This document shows, one piece after another, positions 17,634-27,649 of a stretch of DNA of 50,460 nucleotides (within the stretch, counting starts at the first letter, position 1; the number at the start of each line of letters is the position of its first letter). The notes beneath the pieces are model-generated. The model was not told the origin of the DNA. It searched no databases and saw nothing but the letters and a program-made list of their open reading frames with translations. Both the position numbers and the translations under genes were made by a program. Source of the DNA: Candidatus Bathyarchaeia archaeon (GTDB lineage Archaea; Thermoproteota; Bathyarchaeia; Bathyarchaeales; Bathycorpusculaceae); contig JBEKBM010000025.1 in assembly GCA_050015395.1 (NCBI GenBank), forward strand, positions 1 to 50,460, read 5' to 3'.

Positions 17634-19554
17634 CAGCTAAGTCTTTAGCTGTCTCTAAATCCCCTGTTTCCGGTTCATGCGACGAATACAAGCTCCTTTC
17701 CGCCAACATGGTTAACTTATAAAAGGGATCAGCTGCTTTCCCAATTCTTGCGCCTGTTTGCTGCATAAATTCACGCAAAGTCATGCTAGGCATCAGAGAA
17801 TCCCCAGTCGCCAACTCAACACGCCCCAAAGCCTCAATATACGCCTTAAGAACCGCTCCTTTACTGCCCTCAAGCTTTAACTCAGGATTTGATGAAACAA
17901 CAACGCCAACTCCTCTCTCCAGCAAGGTTGAAACAGCTGAAGCTTGAACCGTTCCTTGTACTTTCTTGCCCTTACTTTTGATAAATCTCGTGTAAGTCAC
18001 AAAAACTACTGAAAGCGAAGTTGCCAACGCAAGACCAATGCTAACGGAATTCAAAACAAAAACACTAGCCTTTGTTTGTGCAGTAGCTTGCCAAGGCTCA
18101 GAAGGCTGGGCTCTCACACTAAGATCCTGGTAACCTGCTAAAACCGAGCTTGGCATATCCAACGTCAAATTAAAACTTCCATCACTCAACGTTGTAACGT
18201 TAGCTGAAATATTTGCTAACTCTATCAGCACGGTTGCGCCTTTTAAAGGACCTGATGCTGATCTAACAGCCCCACTGACATGAAGCTTTGAGGGAAGCAC
18301 AACAAAAGAAGGCACATTAACCTTAACAAAAGAAGCCATCTTCTTAATGGTCAGCGTTCTCTGCACAGACGCGCCTGCATACAAACCCGAAGAATCAACG
18401 CTAATCGTTAAAGTATGTGCCCCCAACTTAGCCCCAGAATTAATTGTAAATTTAGCTGAGAAAACTCCACTCTGATTTGTCATAACCCGAGCCATAACAG
18501 CACCATCAAGCAGCACCCTAACTTGCCTCCCGTCAAGGGGCACTCCAGCCTCCGAAGTAACATTACCCTTAATTGACAACGAAAGCCCAGGATAAGCAAC
18601 ACTTGAAACCGAAACATTAAGCGCTGTATGGTAAAATAAAACTTGAAGCTTAACCGTTGGGCTTGAAGATGGTAAATAGACACCCTGGTCGTTGCCTGCT
18701 GGAGTATAAAGAGCGCTAACAGACACAGAATTAACGTATTTGTAAGGGATTTTTATTGTTACATTATAGGAGCCGTCTGCTTGTGTATTTGCCGTTGCAA
18801 CTTGACTTCCATCTAACAGCACCTCCACCGCTCGGTTTTGCAAACCCTGACCTTTAGAACTTAGGACCCCCGAGGCGCTAACATATCCGCCCACAAAGCA
18901 TTTTGTTGTATTCAAAGCCAAGCTCAACGTGGTAGAAGCAAGTTTTTCTGACTTGATTTCTTGTGCTCTCTCATTAGCTTCAGTCAAAAGAGTATGATAT
19001 CGATTAATCAGGTCATTTAGTTCTTGTAACATGCGCTGAAGCTCATCGTAGGCTTGCCTTACCTTGCTCGCGGCTGGAGTCGCTAACACTCCGAAGCTCT
19101 GGCTTAACACTGATGTGGCATCTTGCAGATCACCCAGCAAAATCTGAGCCTGAGCCACCTGAACCCCCGCGTGGTCCAACGCTTGCCCCGCTTCATCAAG
19201 CCTATACTGATCCAGCAAGCTTGAAGCGTTATTTAACGTGCTTTGTAAATCACTTAATACATTTATCAACTGCTGCGTTAAACTGTTATACCTGTTTACG
19301 ATATAGGTTAAATCTGCAGGCACAGTGATATGACTCAACTCCTCGCCCAACCGACTAGCATTAGCAAAATCTTGAGCTGACATAAGCGCAAAAAGTTCAG
19401 CATACTGAATTAAAAAAGAATAAGGATCCAGCGTACTTTGAGCTGTAGCTGGATCTGCAAGAGGAACAAGCCTTGGTTGAGCACCAACCGACAGGCAAGG
19501 AACCAAAGCCGCCACCATCAGCAAAGAAATAACAAATACGGGTAGCCATCTCAT
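17596..19554 (-). CDS. Secreted Ig-like repeat protein with C-terminal TM and DUF4129-like domain
   Basis: Start ATG 19554 (MRWLPV...) with signal peptide; helical region; beta-sandwich repeats (TxxDGSF/Y); SMTLREF...LTMLAERSLYS. Confidence 0.78.
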   Translation of the reverse strand: MRWLPVFVISLLMVAALVPCLSVGAQPRLVPLADPATAQSTLDPYSFLIQYAELFALMSAQDFANASRLGEELSHITVPADLTYIVNRYNSLTQQLINVLSDLQSTLNNASSLLDQYRLDEAGQALDHAGVQVAQAQILLGDLQDATSVLSQSFGVLATPAASKVRQAYDELQRMLQELNDLINRYHTLLTEANERAQEIKSEKLASTTLSLALNTTKCFVGGYVSASGVLSSKGQGLQNRAVEVLLDGSQVATANTQADGSYNVTIKIPYKYVNSVSVSALYTPAGNDQGVYLPSSSPTVKLQVLFYHTALNVSVSSVAYPGLSLSIKGNVTSEAGVPLDGRQVRVLLDGAVMARVMTNQSGVFSAKFTINSGAKLGAHTLTISVDSSGLYAGASVQRTLTIKKMASFVKVNVPSFVVLPSKLHVSGAVRSASGPLKGATVLIELANISANVTTLSDGSFNLTLDMPSSVLAGYQDLSVRAQPSEPWQATAQTKASVFVLNSVSIGLALATSLSVVFVTYTRFIKSKGKKVQGTVQASAVSTLLERGVGVVVSSNPELKLEGSKGAVLKAYIEALGRVELATGDSLMPSMTLREFMQQTGARIGKAADPFYKLTMLAERSLYSSHEPETGDLETAKDLAGEIGRILSGESA

Positions 19555-19814
19555 AGAAAGCTTCCACCTAGAATTTCTAAAACTTTTACAGCTACTATAA
19601 AAATGAAAACAGCAAACAGAGCATAACCAATCCAATTCGTAACTTTCTGCGTCTTAGAATTGAACGGTGAATGCAACAATGTGATGATGAAATACTCAAC
19701 GATATACACTGACACATACAAGTCCAAAGTCCCAGCGCTGTAAAACGAAATAGCAAAGGTAGTAAGTGCATAAGCAATGGTTAATGAAAGAAGATACCTT
19801 TCGTAAACTCTCAG
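19551..19814 (-). CDS. 87 aa three-TM membrane protein (missed by ORF track; CTG start)
   Basis: (L/M)RVYERYLLSLTIAYAL...VKVLEILGGSFL*; CTGA overlap with the upstream stop and ATGA overlap with the downstream start. Confidence 0.8.
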   Translation of the reverse strand: MRVYERYLLSLTIAYALTTFAISFYSAGTLDLYVSVYIVEYFIITLLHSPFNSKTQKVTNWIGYALFAVFIFIVAVKVLEILGGSFL

Positions 19815-20626
19815 AGACTTCGCCCCATCACTTTTAACTCAATAAGGCATTTACCTCTGCTAGAAGTTTCGCTCTGGATAACAACGGGCTTATCTAAAAC
19901 TTGAGCAACTACTGAAGCAACCAAAGAAGCTATAGGAGTGCCCAGACTCTCATAAATCCACATGTTATTGCCTTCAAGCCGTGGATTAGTAACCTCAACC
20001 AAAACCTTCTCTGCATCCATTGTTACCCTCGCGCCATCAGCCAAATTAACCGTACTCAAAAGAACCTGCGAAATAGCAGACTCCAAATCTCCAGCAGAGC
20101 AATCAGACTTTGACTCAACCAAACCACCGACCGCTGAACCTGGAGTAATAACCAACAAGCCAACATCTTGAGGCTTTGAACCATACTTAACGATAAAACG
20201 TTTAGGAAGCACCTTATCAGCGAACTCGATATTGGAATCCAATGGGATAAGCGCCTTTGGCTTGTCACCAGTCATCGAAGATGGCAAGTAAACCGCCTTA
20301 GACTTAAGTCCAAGCTCCTCAACCACCGCCGAAATGTTTTCAACCCCAGACTGCAACAAAATAGCGCTGGCTTCAGGCGAAATTTTTGGTTGCCCTCTGG
20401 CTATGGCAAACGAAACCGCACCAATCAAGATCGCGGATAATCCAAGCGCAGTTAAAGGGGTAGAACTCAAAATCAAGTATGCAACAACAGAAAGCAGCAC
20501 ACCGGTTAAAGCCAAACTTGTTGCAAGCGTTGAATACGTGCTCTTAAATGAAATGAAGTATACACCTCTGTAAATTATTCTCTCTCGCGTCCGTTCCGCA
20601 TAATCTCTTAAACGTAAAGAGTCCAT
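19811..20626 (-). CDS. Hypothetical membrane protein
   Basis: 271 aa; two TM helices and a soluble C-terminal domain; in the operon. Confidence 0.75.
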   Translation of the reverse strand: MDSLRLRDYAERTRERIIYRGVYFISFKSTYSTLATSLALTGVLLSVVAYLILSSTPLTALGLSAILIGAVSFAIARGQPKISPEASAILLQSGVENISAVVEELGLKSKAVYLPSSMTGDKPKALIPLDSNIEFADKVLPKRFIVKYGSKPQDVGLLVITPGSAVGGLVESKSDCSAGDLESAISQVLLSTVNLADGARVTMDAEKVLVEVTNPRLEGNNMWIYESLGTPIASLVASVVAQVLDKPVVIQSETSSRGKCLIELKVMGRSL

Positions 20627-20662
20627 CTAATAACTCTTATTTCTTAATTAAACAAGACGAAA

Positions 20663-21268
20663 TTACTTTAGGCTAAGCTGGTGATACCTAAACCTTCGCA
20701 CAACACACACAACAGCCATAACCTCAGCAAACAAAGCCATAGAAACCATTATCGGTTCCAGCCTAATACCCCATGGCGTATAGTTAAGCATAAGCCCAAT
20801 AAGAGGCACTATGGCAAGACTAAGCCCAATAGACAAAGCCAACCTTTCAAGTCCATCCAACTCTCCGCCTCTAGGGTAAAGCACTGAAATAAGCATAAAA
20901 CCAGGCAAAAACAAAACAAAAACACCGCCTAAAACGTAGCGGGCATACAGCAACACGGAACTGTTAACTGCGAAAACAATGATGACGCAGAGGGCAACTA
21001 GAGCGGTAACGCCCCAAAACCACAAGTTTTCAACGCTAAATGCGTAACCAGAAATCGTTGACGCTGGCTTATCGTCATTGAGGTCAAGGGCACCTTTCTT
21101 CCACAGTACATAGACCGCTCGGGTAGCATCTTTAAACTTTAACCCTTTATCCTTCACAAGCTTATCAACAAGCTCTGACACGGTTGGATTGCCCAAGGAG
21201 AGCGCTGTATCCTTAACCACTTTCTCAACATAATCCACACTCAACCCCTTATCCTCCAACCTAAACAT
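20663..21268 (-). CDS. DUF1616-family membrane protein
   Basis: LFLPG...LERLALSIGLSLAIVPLIGLMLNYTPWGI. Confidence 0.82.
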   Translation of the reverse strand: MFRLEDKGLSVDYVEKVVKDTALSLGNPTVSELVDKLVKDKGLKFKDATRAVYVLWKKGALDLNDDKPASTISGYAFSVENLWFWGVTALVALCVIIVFAVNSSVLLYARYVLGGVFVLFLPGFMLISVLYPRGGELDGLERLALSIGLSLAIVPLIGLMLNYTPWGIRLEPIMVSMALFAEVMAVVCVVRRFRYHQLSLK

Positions 21269-21339
21269 CCATCAATTCATGTACACTTTTTATATATGTA
21301 TTATGCTTAGAAATCCTTGTCTTAGGGGAGAGTGAGGGG

Positions 21340-22314
21340 ATGAAAGTTTCACAAAAAACAGCCATTTTGCTACTCATATCCATCCTGCTGCTACTATTAC
21401 CAGTAGCCATCACCCACGCTCAAACAACAACCAATGACGCGCAAAACTCACTGCATAACGCCTACAACGCCATCGTCAGCGCATACAATGCAGGCGTAGA
21501 CACAAGCAAACTAATAATACAACTCAACCAAGCCATAAACCTAACATCCCAAGCTCAAGCCATAATCAGTTCCAATCCACAACAAGCACAATCGCTAAAT
21601 TCCCAAGCCCAAGCTATAGCCCAGAACGTTACCACGCAAGCAGCCCAAGCCAAACAATCAAGTAGCCTGATGATGGCGCCAGTCACGGCTGCTGTGGCAG
21701 CTGCTGCACTAATCGTCGGTGGGTGCCTCGTTTACTTATATGGACCTAAATTTTTCTGGAAGACATGGCTTAAGCTTAGAAAAAACAATCGGGTAAGAGC
21801 CAAAAACTCACCAACCAAAACCAAAGGTCTCATAGTCACCTGGGAACAAGTCTGCGCAGTAATCTTAGGCGTAACAGTGATAATCGCTTTGGTTGCCACT
21901 GTACCATTCTTTCTCCCAAAAAGCACATCCGAAAAATTCTCAGAACTCGGCATCCTGGGGCCAAACATGCAACTAGGCGATTACCCAACAGCAACTGTTG
22001 CGGGCCAACCTGTTAACCTCTATGTTTACGTCGGTAACCAAATGGGCATACCAATGTACTACGGCGTTATGATTAAACTTGGAGACAACAACACAATCGT
22101 AGACCCCGCCTCAGTAACACCCATCCAACAATTCACAAGCGTTGTACCAGACAATGGAACGTGGACTTTTCCAGTAAGCGTAACCTTAACGCAACCCGGC
22201 TTAAACCAAAGAATCATCTTTGAACTCTGGATATACAACCAAACCCTAAACCAAATGCAGTACAACCAGAGGTGGGGGCAGGTCTGGCTTAACGTTACAG
22301 CTCCAGCCAGCTAA
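21340..22314 (+). CDS. Membrane protein with DUF1616-type C-terminal extracellular domain
   Basis: Signal peptide, helical domain, two TMs, EKFSELGILGP...DYP; divergent from the MoxR operon. Confidence 0.75.
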   Translation: MKVSQKTAILLLISILLLLLPVAITHAQTTTNDAQNSLHNAYNAIVSAYNAGVDTSKLIIQLNQAINLTSQAQAIISSNPQQAQSLNSQAQAIAQNVTTQAAQAKQSSSLMMAPVTAAVAAAALIVGGCLVYLYGPKFFWKTWLKLRKNNRVRAKNSPTKTKGLIVTWEQVCAVILGVTVIIALVATVPFFLPKSTSEKFSELGILGPNMQLGDYPTATVAGQPVNLYVYVGNQMGIPMYYGVMIKLGDNNTIVDPASVTPIQQFTSVVPDNGTWTFPVSVTLTQPGLNQRIIFELWIYNQTLNQMQYNQRWGQVWLNVTAPAS

Positions 22315-22356
22315 AAAATAAAACTAAAATTAACTATTCACGGAGGGGAGATTGGA

Positions 22357-23490
22357 GTGCAATCTTTAACTTTCAAAATGCTATTCCGAAAGAAAGGAAC
22401 AGCCTCAGCCATTATCGCCATCGCACTCCTGATCGCCCTACTAGCATCCATAAATTCCCTTCTAAACAACATCAACGCAGAAACAACCGTTTTAAGCGCA
22501 CTGTCAAGCACGGGACAAACCTACATAATAACCAGCACAAACTCGACATCACTATCCGACAGCCACATAGACGCTAACCTAATCAACCAAATCCGCAACA
22601 ACTCAAACGTCAACTATGCAACCAGCCAACAATTAACCCAAGCAACCCTAACCACAAAGAGCGGAAACTACACTATCAACATTTTGGCAGTGGATAACGT
22701 GCAAGCCTACCTAAACAACAGGCGAGCGAGCATCAACGGGTCAATCAGCCAAAAACCGTCAGAAACCGACGTAGGCATAATCCTTTCCCAGCTTGCCTCA
22801 ATAAACAAAAATGACTCAGTACAAATAACAGTCAATAACCAGCGGGCTCAACTCAAAGTTGTTGGAATCACACAAACAACACAACAAAGCGACACACAAC
22901 TAATCATGCCACTAGCAACGCTCCAGAATCTAACCCAACAAAATAGTACAGTCTCCTTCATCGAATTCTCCTTAAAAAACCCTGACACAAACAACAAATC
23001 AATAAAAAACATCACGCAAATCCTGCCAAACGATGTAAAAGTAACAAAAATCCAACAAATAACCCAATTTGCTCAAAGCATAAACAACCAAACAACCAAT
23101 TTCATAAACGTCTGGTCGATAGCCATCTACGCCGTGGTAATTGCAGCCTCATACGTTATGGCAACCAGACTGGTAAACGAAGCCAAATACGAACTCTACA
23201 CGCTGAGAACGCTTGGAACAAAAAAGAAAGCCACCATCAGCCTAATCATCACACATGCACTAATTATTGCTTTTATCGGGACAATCATTGGATTAGCAGT
23301 AGGCATAGTTGGAACCCAAGTAGCCGCAACAGGCGTAAGATGGGTCTGGGGCAACACACAGCTAGCGCCGTTCCTGCAGCCGGAACAGGCAATGCAAATT
23401 CTACTGTTAGCATTGGCAGCGTCGCTTCTCGGCAGCGTCTACCCAGCAGTCAAAACAACGCAAATCATGGCAAAGGAGCAGCCAGCATGA
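22357..23490 (+). CDS. ABC transporter permease, FtsX/MacB-like
   Basis: TM1, large extracellular domain, ELYTLRTLGT and further TMs. Confidence 0.85.
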   Translation: MQSLTFKMLFRKKGTASAIIAIALLIALLASINSLLNNINAETTVLSALSSTGQTYIITSTNSTSLSDSHIDANLINQIRNNSNVNYATSQQLTQATLTTKSGNYTINILAVDNVQAYLNNRRASINGSISQKPSETDVGIILSQLASINKNDSVQITVNNQRAQLKVVGITQTTQQSDTQLIMPLATLQNLTQQNSTVSFIEFSLKNPDTNNKSIKNITQILPNDVKVTKIQQITQFAQSINNQTTNFINVWSIAIYAVVIAASYVMATRLVNEAKYELYTLRTLGTKKKATISLIITHALIIAFIGTIIGLAVGIVGTQVAATGVRWVWGNTQLAPFLQPEQAMQILLLALAASLLGSVYPAVKTTQIMAKEQPA

Positions 23491-24680
23491 GCCTAATCAA
23501 ATTCAAATACCTACGCAAACAACGCATTGCCATCTTAATCCTGATACTGACTTTAACTTCAATGCTCTTCTCAATCACGGCTTACAGCTTCCTAGGATTT
23601 TATAACGGCTTTACAAGCTACGTGGGCGAAGGCAAAGGCGTCATAGCAATCTATAGCAAAGCAGGAAGCACACCCTTCACAGGAATTGTTCCAATCACCG
23701 CCGTTAACAAAATAGCTTCAGTGAAAGGAGTCATAGCCACCAGCCCCGAAGTCATAGCACCAAGTATGATAAACGGTCAATCAGTCTTCGTCCGTGGTGT
23801 CCTACCCCAAGAACTCGCCCAACTCAACCAGATCACCATAACACAAGGAAGCAGCCTAAACCTTAACAACACAGACTCAGCCATCATAGGTCAAGGCGCG
23901 GCACAGAGGCTAAACCTGAAAACAGGCGATAACATACTTGTAATCAGCGTACTATCACAAAAATACGTTCAACTCCAAATCAAAGGGATATTCCAAACCT
24001 CATCATCGCTAAATGACGAGGTGTTAGTGCCGCTCTACGTTGGCCAATGGCTAAGAGGGCTAACCTACAATGAAGTCACCTTAATACGGGTCAAAATTGA
24101 CCCTGCCCAAACCAACGCCAACCAACTATACCAAGTAATCGCCAACCACACCCAAACAGCAAAACCATCACCCTCACCGACGCCAACAAGCGAAGCACAA
24201 AAAGAACTCCAAGCCCTAATTCCGCTGACCTCATCAGGCATCAACATACAAAACATTGGCGTTGAAGAATCCCAACAATTCATGTCAAGCTACCTTGACA
24301 GGTACGGAATCAGCCAAGACACACTCATCATCCTATCCATCATCGTTCTTGTTTTCGCCAGCGGAACAGCGACTTGCGCCATGGCACTCTTCATAAGACA
24401 ACACTCATCAGACATAGACATACTAAGATCAATAGGCGCATCAACCAAAAAAATAAAAATCGACCTCTCCCTCAAAATGCTCGTCTGGGCACTGATAGCA
24501 ACAACAATAGGCACCGTAATCAGCGCCTTACTTTTAATCATCTTTCAAAAAATAGGTTACCTCCAAGTTCTATCACACACAATCACTTTCCAACTTGACC
24601 CACTCATCATAGTCGCCAACATCATACTCCTATCACTGCTAATCATGATAAACGTAGCGCGCGCGGAGCTAAAACAATGA
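23487..24680 (+). CDS. ABC transporter permease, FtsX/MacB-like
   Basis: ATG 23487 in an ATGA overlap; AIIGQGAAQRLNLKTGD, DIDILRSIGAS. Confidence 0.85.
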   Translation: MSLIKFKYLRKQRIAILILILTLTSMLFSITAYSFLGFYNGFTSYVGEGKGVIAIYSKAGSTPFTGIVPITAVNKIASVKGVIATSPEVIAPSMINGQSVFVRGVLPQELAQLNQITITQGSSLNLNNTDSAIIGQGAAQRLNLKTGDNILVISVLSQKYVQLQIKGIFQTSSSLNDEVLVPLYVGQWLRGLTYNEVTLIRVKIDPAQTNANQLYQVIANHTQTAKPSPSPTPTSEAQKELQALIPLTSSGINIQNIGVEESQQFMSSYLDRYGISQDTLIILSIIVLVFASGTATCAMALFIRQHSSDIDILRSIGASTKKIKIDLSLKMLVWALIATTIGTVISALLLIIFQKIGYLQVLSHTITFQLDPLIIVANIILLSLLIMINVARAELKQ

Positions 24681-26296
24681 AAAAAGCGCTCTACATACTA
24701 ATACCCTTATTCATCGCCCTCGCGCTAAGACTTTACCCAACAGTCATCAGCGGAATGCCCTTCTCAACCGATGCCTGGCCACTAATAAGAAATACTAACC
24801 TGCTAATACAAAACACACCAATACCATTAAACAGCAAAATATTCGACGGCTACAACAATTTCTGGCCAGCCAGCAGCCTCTTCGCAGCAATTTTATCCCT
24901 AGTCATAAATCTTCCACCAATTACAACAATGGCGTTTGGCATACCCATAGCAGCTGCTTTAACGATCCCATTATTCTATTTTATAGTTAAAAAAATAACA
25001 CAAAACAGCAAAATATCCCTTATAGCCACAGTCCTTTTAGCCACCGCTTTCCCATACACCCTACTCACAGCAGGTGTCACAAAGGAAACATTCGCAAACC
25101 CAATCTACTTCTCAATAATCCTAATATTTCTACTCAAACACAACTGGAAAACCACATTCCTATTCACCATAGCATCAATAGCACTGGTACTATCACACCA
25201 CTTAACAGCATTCTTAACTATAGGCATAATCGCCAGCATAACAATCGCATCATACATCGCAAAACCAAACAAAGACCAAAAAACCAACTCAGCCAAATCC
25301 AACATCCTACTACTCGCAATCGTATCAACCATGACCGCGCTCTACTTCGGACTCTACGCTTATCCAGCATTAGCGACAGTAGTAATAACAATAACACCAA
25401 GCGATCTACTAACAGTAGCCGCATACCAAATCATCGCCCTCGCCGCAATACTCTACATTGTACATATATCAAGCAAAGAGTCCCCATTAACCACCATCCT
25501 CAAATGCTCCCTAAGCCTCATTATGATAACCATATTCTTCTTTCTCGCAACACAAATCTCCATCCTGCCGATAGCACCAATAATACCACTTCGCTATTTC
25601 CTATACGCCACACCACTTATCATAGCAGTACCCTTAACAATATTCGCACTAAGCAAGCTACACCAAAAGAAACTTTCCCTACTCCTACCCCTTTTCTGGC
25701 TTCTACCTGCAATCGCCTTTGCAACCTACGGAGTCTTCGCCAACCCACCAGACGGATTAACATTCGCCGTCAGATCCATAGATTTCATTCTTCCACCCCT
25801 AACAATCCTGATAGCAATAGGCATCTACAAACTATACACAACCCCAAAACATCTCAAAACCCGCAAACTCACGAAAATAATAGCCCTCATAGCAGTCTTC
25901 TCCATGGTTACCCTAAACACCTACAGTTTATACGCAGCAGTCTCTCTGCAAGAACCCTGCCTAGGCTACTTCTGGCGTTATGAACCATCTGAATACCACG
26001 CATCAAACTGGATCGCAATTAACGCAAATAATCAAACCGTCGCAGGAGACTCAAAAGTTTACTACTTACTTCACGGCTACTTCAACGAAAACGTAAACAT
26101 CCAACAAGGCTTACAATACCTAGACGGAAACGGTTCAGCACCACAGATACTATACATTTATAATCAAATGTACACAAATGGATACGTCCTCTACGAAGGC
26201 ATACCAATAACTCTCCCAGCAAACTGGACAAACAAACTGACAGACTACAACATAATCTACGCTAATAGTCAGGTAACCATCTATGCAAAACGATAA
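24677..26296 (+). CDS. Polytopic membrane protein, GT-C glycosyltransferase-like architecture
   Basis: About 13 TM segments; acidic motif in the first loop (FSTDAW); LSHHLT; soluble C-terminal domain ending IYANSQVTIY. Confidence 0.6.
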   Translation: MKKALYILIPLFIALALRLYPTVISGMPFSTDAWPLIRNTNLLIQNTPIPLNSKIFDGYNNFWPASSLFAAILSLVINLPPITTMAFGIPIAAALTIPLFYFIVKKITQNSKISLIATVLLATAFPYTLLTAGVTKETFANPIYFSIILIFLLKHNWKTTFLFTIASIALVLSHHLTAFLTIGIIASITIASYIAKPNKDQKTNSAKSNILLLAIVSTMTALYFGLYAYPALATVVITITPSDLLTVAAYQIIALAAILYIVHISSKESPLTTILKCSLSLIMITIFFFLATQISILPIAPIIPLRYFLYATPLIIAVPLTIFALSKLHQKKLSLLLPLFWLLPAIAFATYGVFANPPDGLTFAVRSIDFILPPLTILIAIGIYKLYTTPKHLKTRKLTKIIALIAVFSMVTLNTYSLYAAVSLQEPCLGYFWRYEPSEYHASNWIAINANNQTVAGDSKVYYLLHGYFNENVNIQQGLQYLDGNGSAPQILYIYNQMYTNGYVLYEGIPITLPANWTNKLTDYNIIYANSQVTIYAKR

Positions 26297-26960
26297 CAAC
26301 ATCGTCGAATTAATCAACATACATAAAAACTATGGAGTAACCGAAGTACTAAAAGGCGTAAACCTTACAATAAAACAGGGCGACTTCATCTCAATAAGAG
26401 GCAAATCAGGCGTAGGCAAAACAGCCCTCTTCAAAATCATAGGCCTACTAGAAACACCCAACCAAGGCACACTAAATATCTTCGGAAAAGATGCCTCAAC
26501 ACTAAACGACGACCAAAAAGCAGAATTAAGACTAAAACAAATGGGCCTAGTCTTCCAATTCTTTAACCTTCTACCTTCACTAACCGTTCTGGAAAACATA
26601 GAACTACCAATGGCACTAAACGGCTCAAAAAAACAACAAAGACGAGAACGCGCAAATGAACTACTAAAATTCTTTGAAATAACAAAATTAGCCGAAAGAT
26701 ACCCGGACAATCTAAGCGGAGGCGAAAGGCAACGGATCGCCATAATTCGTGCATTAGTCAATTACCCGATAATGCTGTTAGCGGATGAACCAACATCAAG
26801 CCTCGACGACGAAAACTCAGCATTACTCTTGAACTTACTCAGCAAAATTCAACACGAACAGAAGGTAACGATACTTTTAACCTCAACAGACCTTTACGAG
26901 AAATTGCCAACAACAAAAGATTACATGCTTAGAGAAGGACAAATCCGGCAAATAGCCTAA
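26283..26960 (+). CDS. ABC transporter ATP-binding protein (LolD/MacB-like)
   Basis: GKSGVGKT, VFQFFNLL, LSGGERQR, LLADEPT. Confidence 0.92.
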   Translation: MQNDNNIVELINIHKNYGVTEVLKGVNLTIKQGDFISIRGKSGVGKTALFKIIGLLETPNQGTLNIFGKDASTLNDDQKAELRLKQMGLVFQFFNLLPSLTVLENIELPMALNGSKKQQRRERANELLKFFEITKLAERYPDNLSGGERQRIAIIRALVNYPIMLLADEPTSSLDDENSALLLNLLSKIQHEQKVTILLTSTDLYEKLPTTKDYMLREGQIRQIA

Positions 26961-27051
26961 CCCAAAACTACACACCGTTAAATCTTAAAAGGTTTGTAAG
27001 AATTTTGCCCTTGCGCACTTGCGGGTGCCTACAAATTATACAGTGGTATCT

Positions 27052-27501
27052 CTAATCCTTCAACAAAACATATGTCACAGCGATTCTTATATAAATCGAA
27101 AACGCCATCATCCATGAAGTAACGGGTATAATAACGAAGCCCAAGTTCAAATTGAACAGCGGAACACTTTGCGGCAAAAGCCAGTGGTTATAATAGCTAG
27201 ATAGGCTGATGTGGAAACCGATTAGGTACCTTAAGAAGTTATAGAAAACATCATTCATCAAAGATGCGATAAACCCTAACCCAAGGGTAAGCTTCCAATT
27301 TTTCAGATTGAAGATTGAGAAGGCAACGAACGGGAAAAAATACAATAAAACTAGCCATAAATGGTACCCATAGTCTAAACCAGAAGAGGAAATATCAATA
27401 TAGTTAACGAACAGCAAGCCATAAAGAACCGCAAAAAGTATTAGCGGATAAAGTTTGCCTTCTAAAACCTCACTAATCTTACTCACATCCTTCTTTGGCA
27501 T
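27052..27501 (-). CDS. Membrane protein, tandem paralog 1
   Basis: NYIDIS, DYGYHLWLV and SLMNDVFYNF are shared with 27650..28291. Confidence 0.8.
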   Translation of the reverse strand: MPKKDVSKISEVLEGKLYPLILFAVLYGLLFVNYIDISSSGLDYGYHLWLVLLYFFPFVAFSIFNLKNWKLTLGLGFIASLMNDVFYNFLRYLIGFHISLSSYYNHWLLPQSVPLFNLNLGFVIIPVTSWMMAFSIYIRIAVTYVLLKD

Positions 27502-27649
27502 CTAGACCTAGAATCAACTGGTCAAAATACCCAACAGAAAATTCGGAATAACACGCAAATCAATTTAACGTATCGATCAATTAAAACGTTTCCAACACAT
27601 CAAACCCAAGCACCTGGCTTAACCAAGCCGCCTCTAAAGATTTTTTGAG

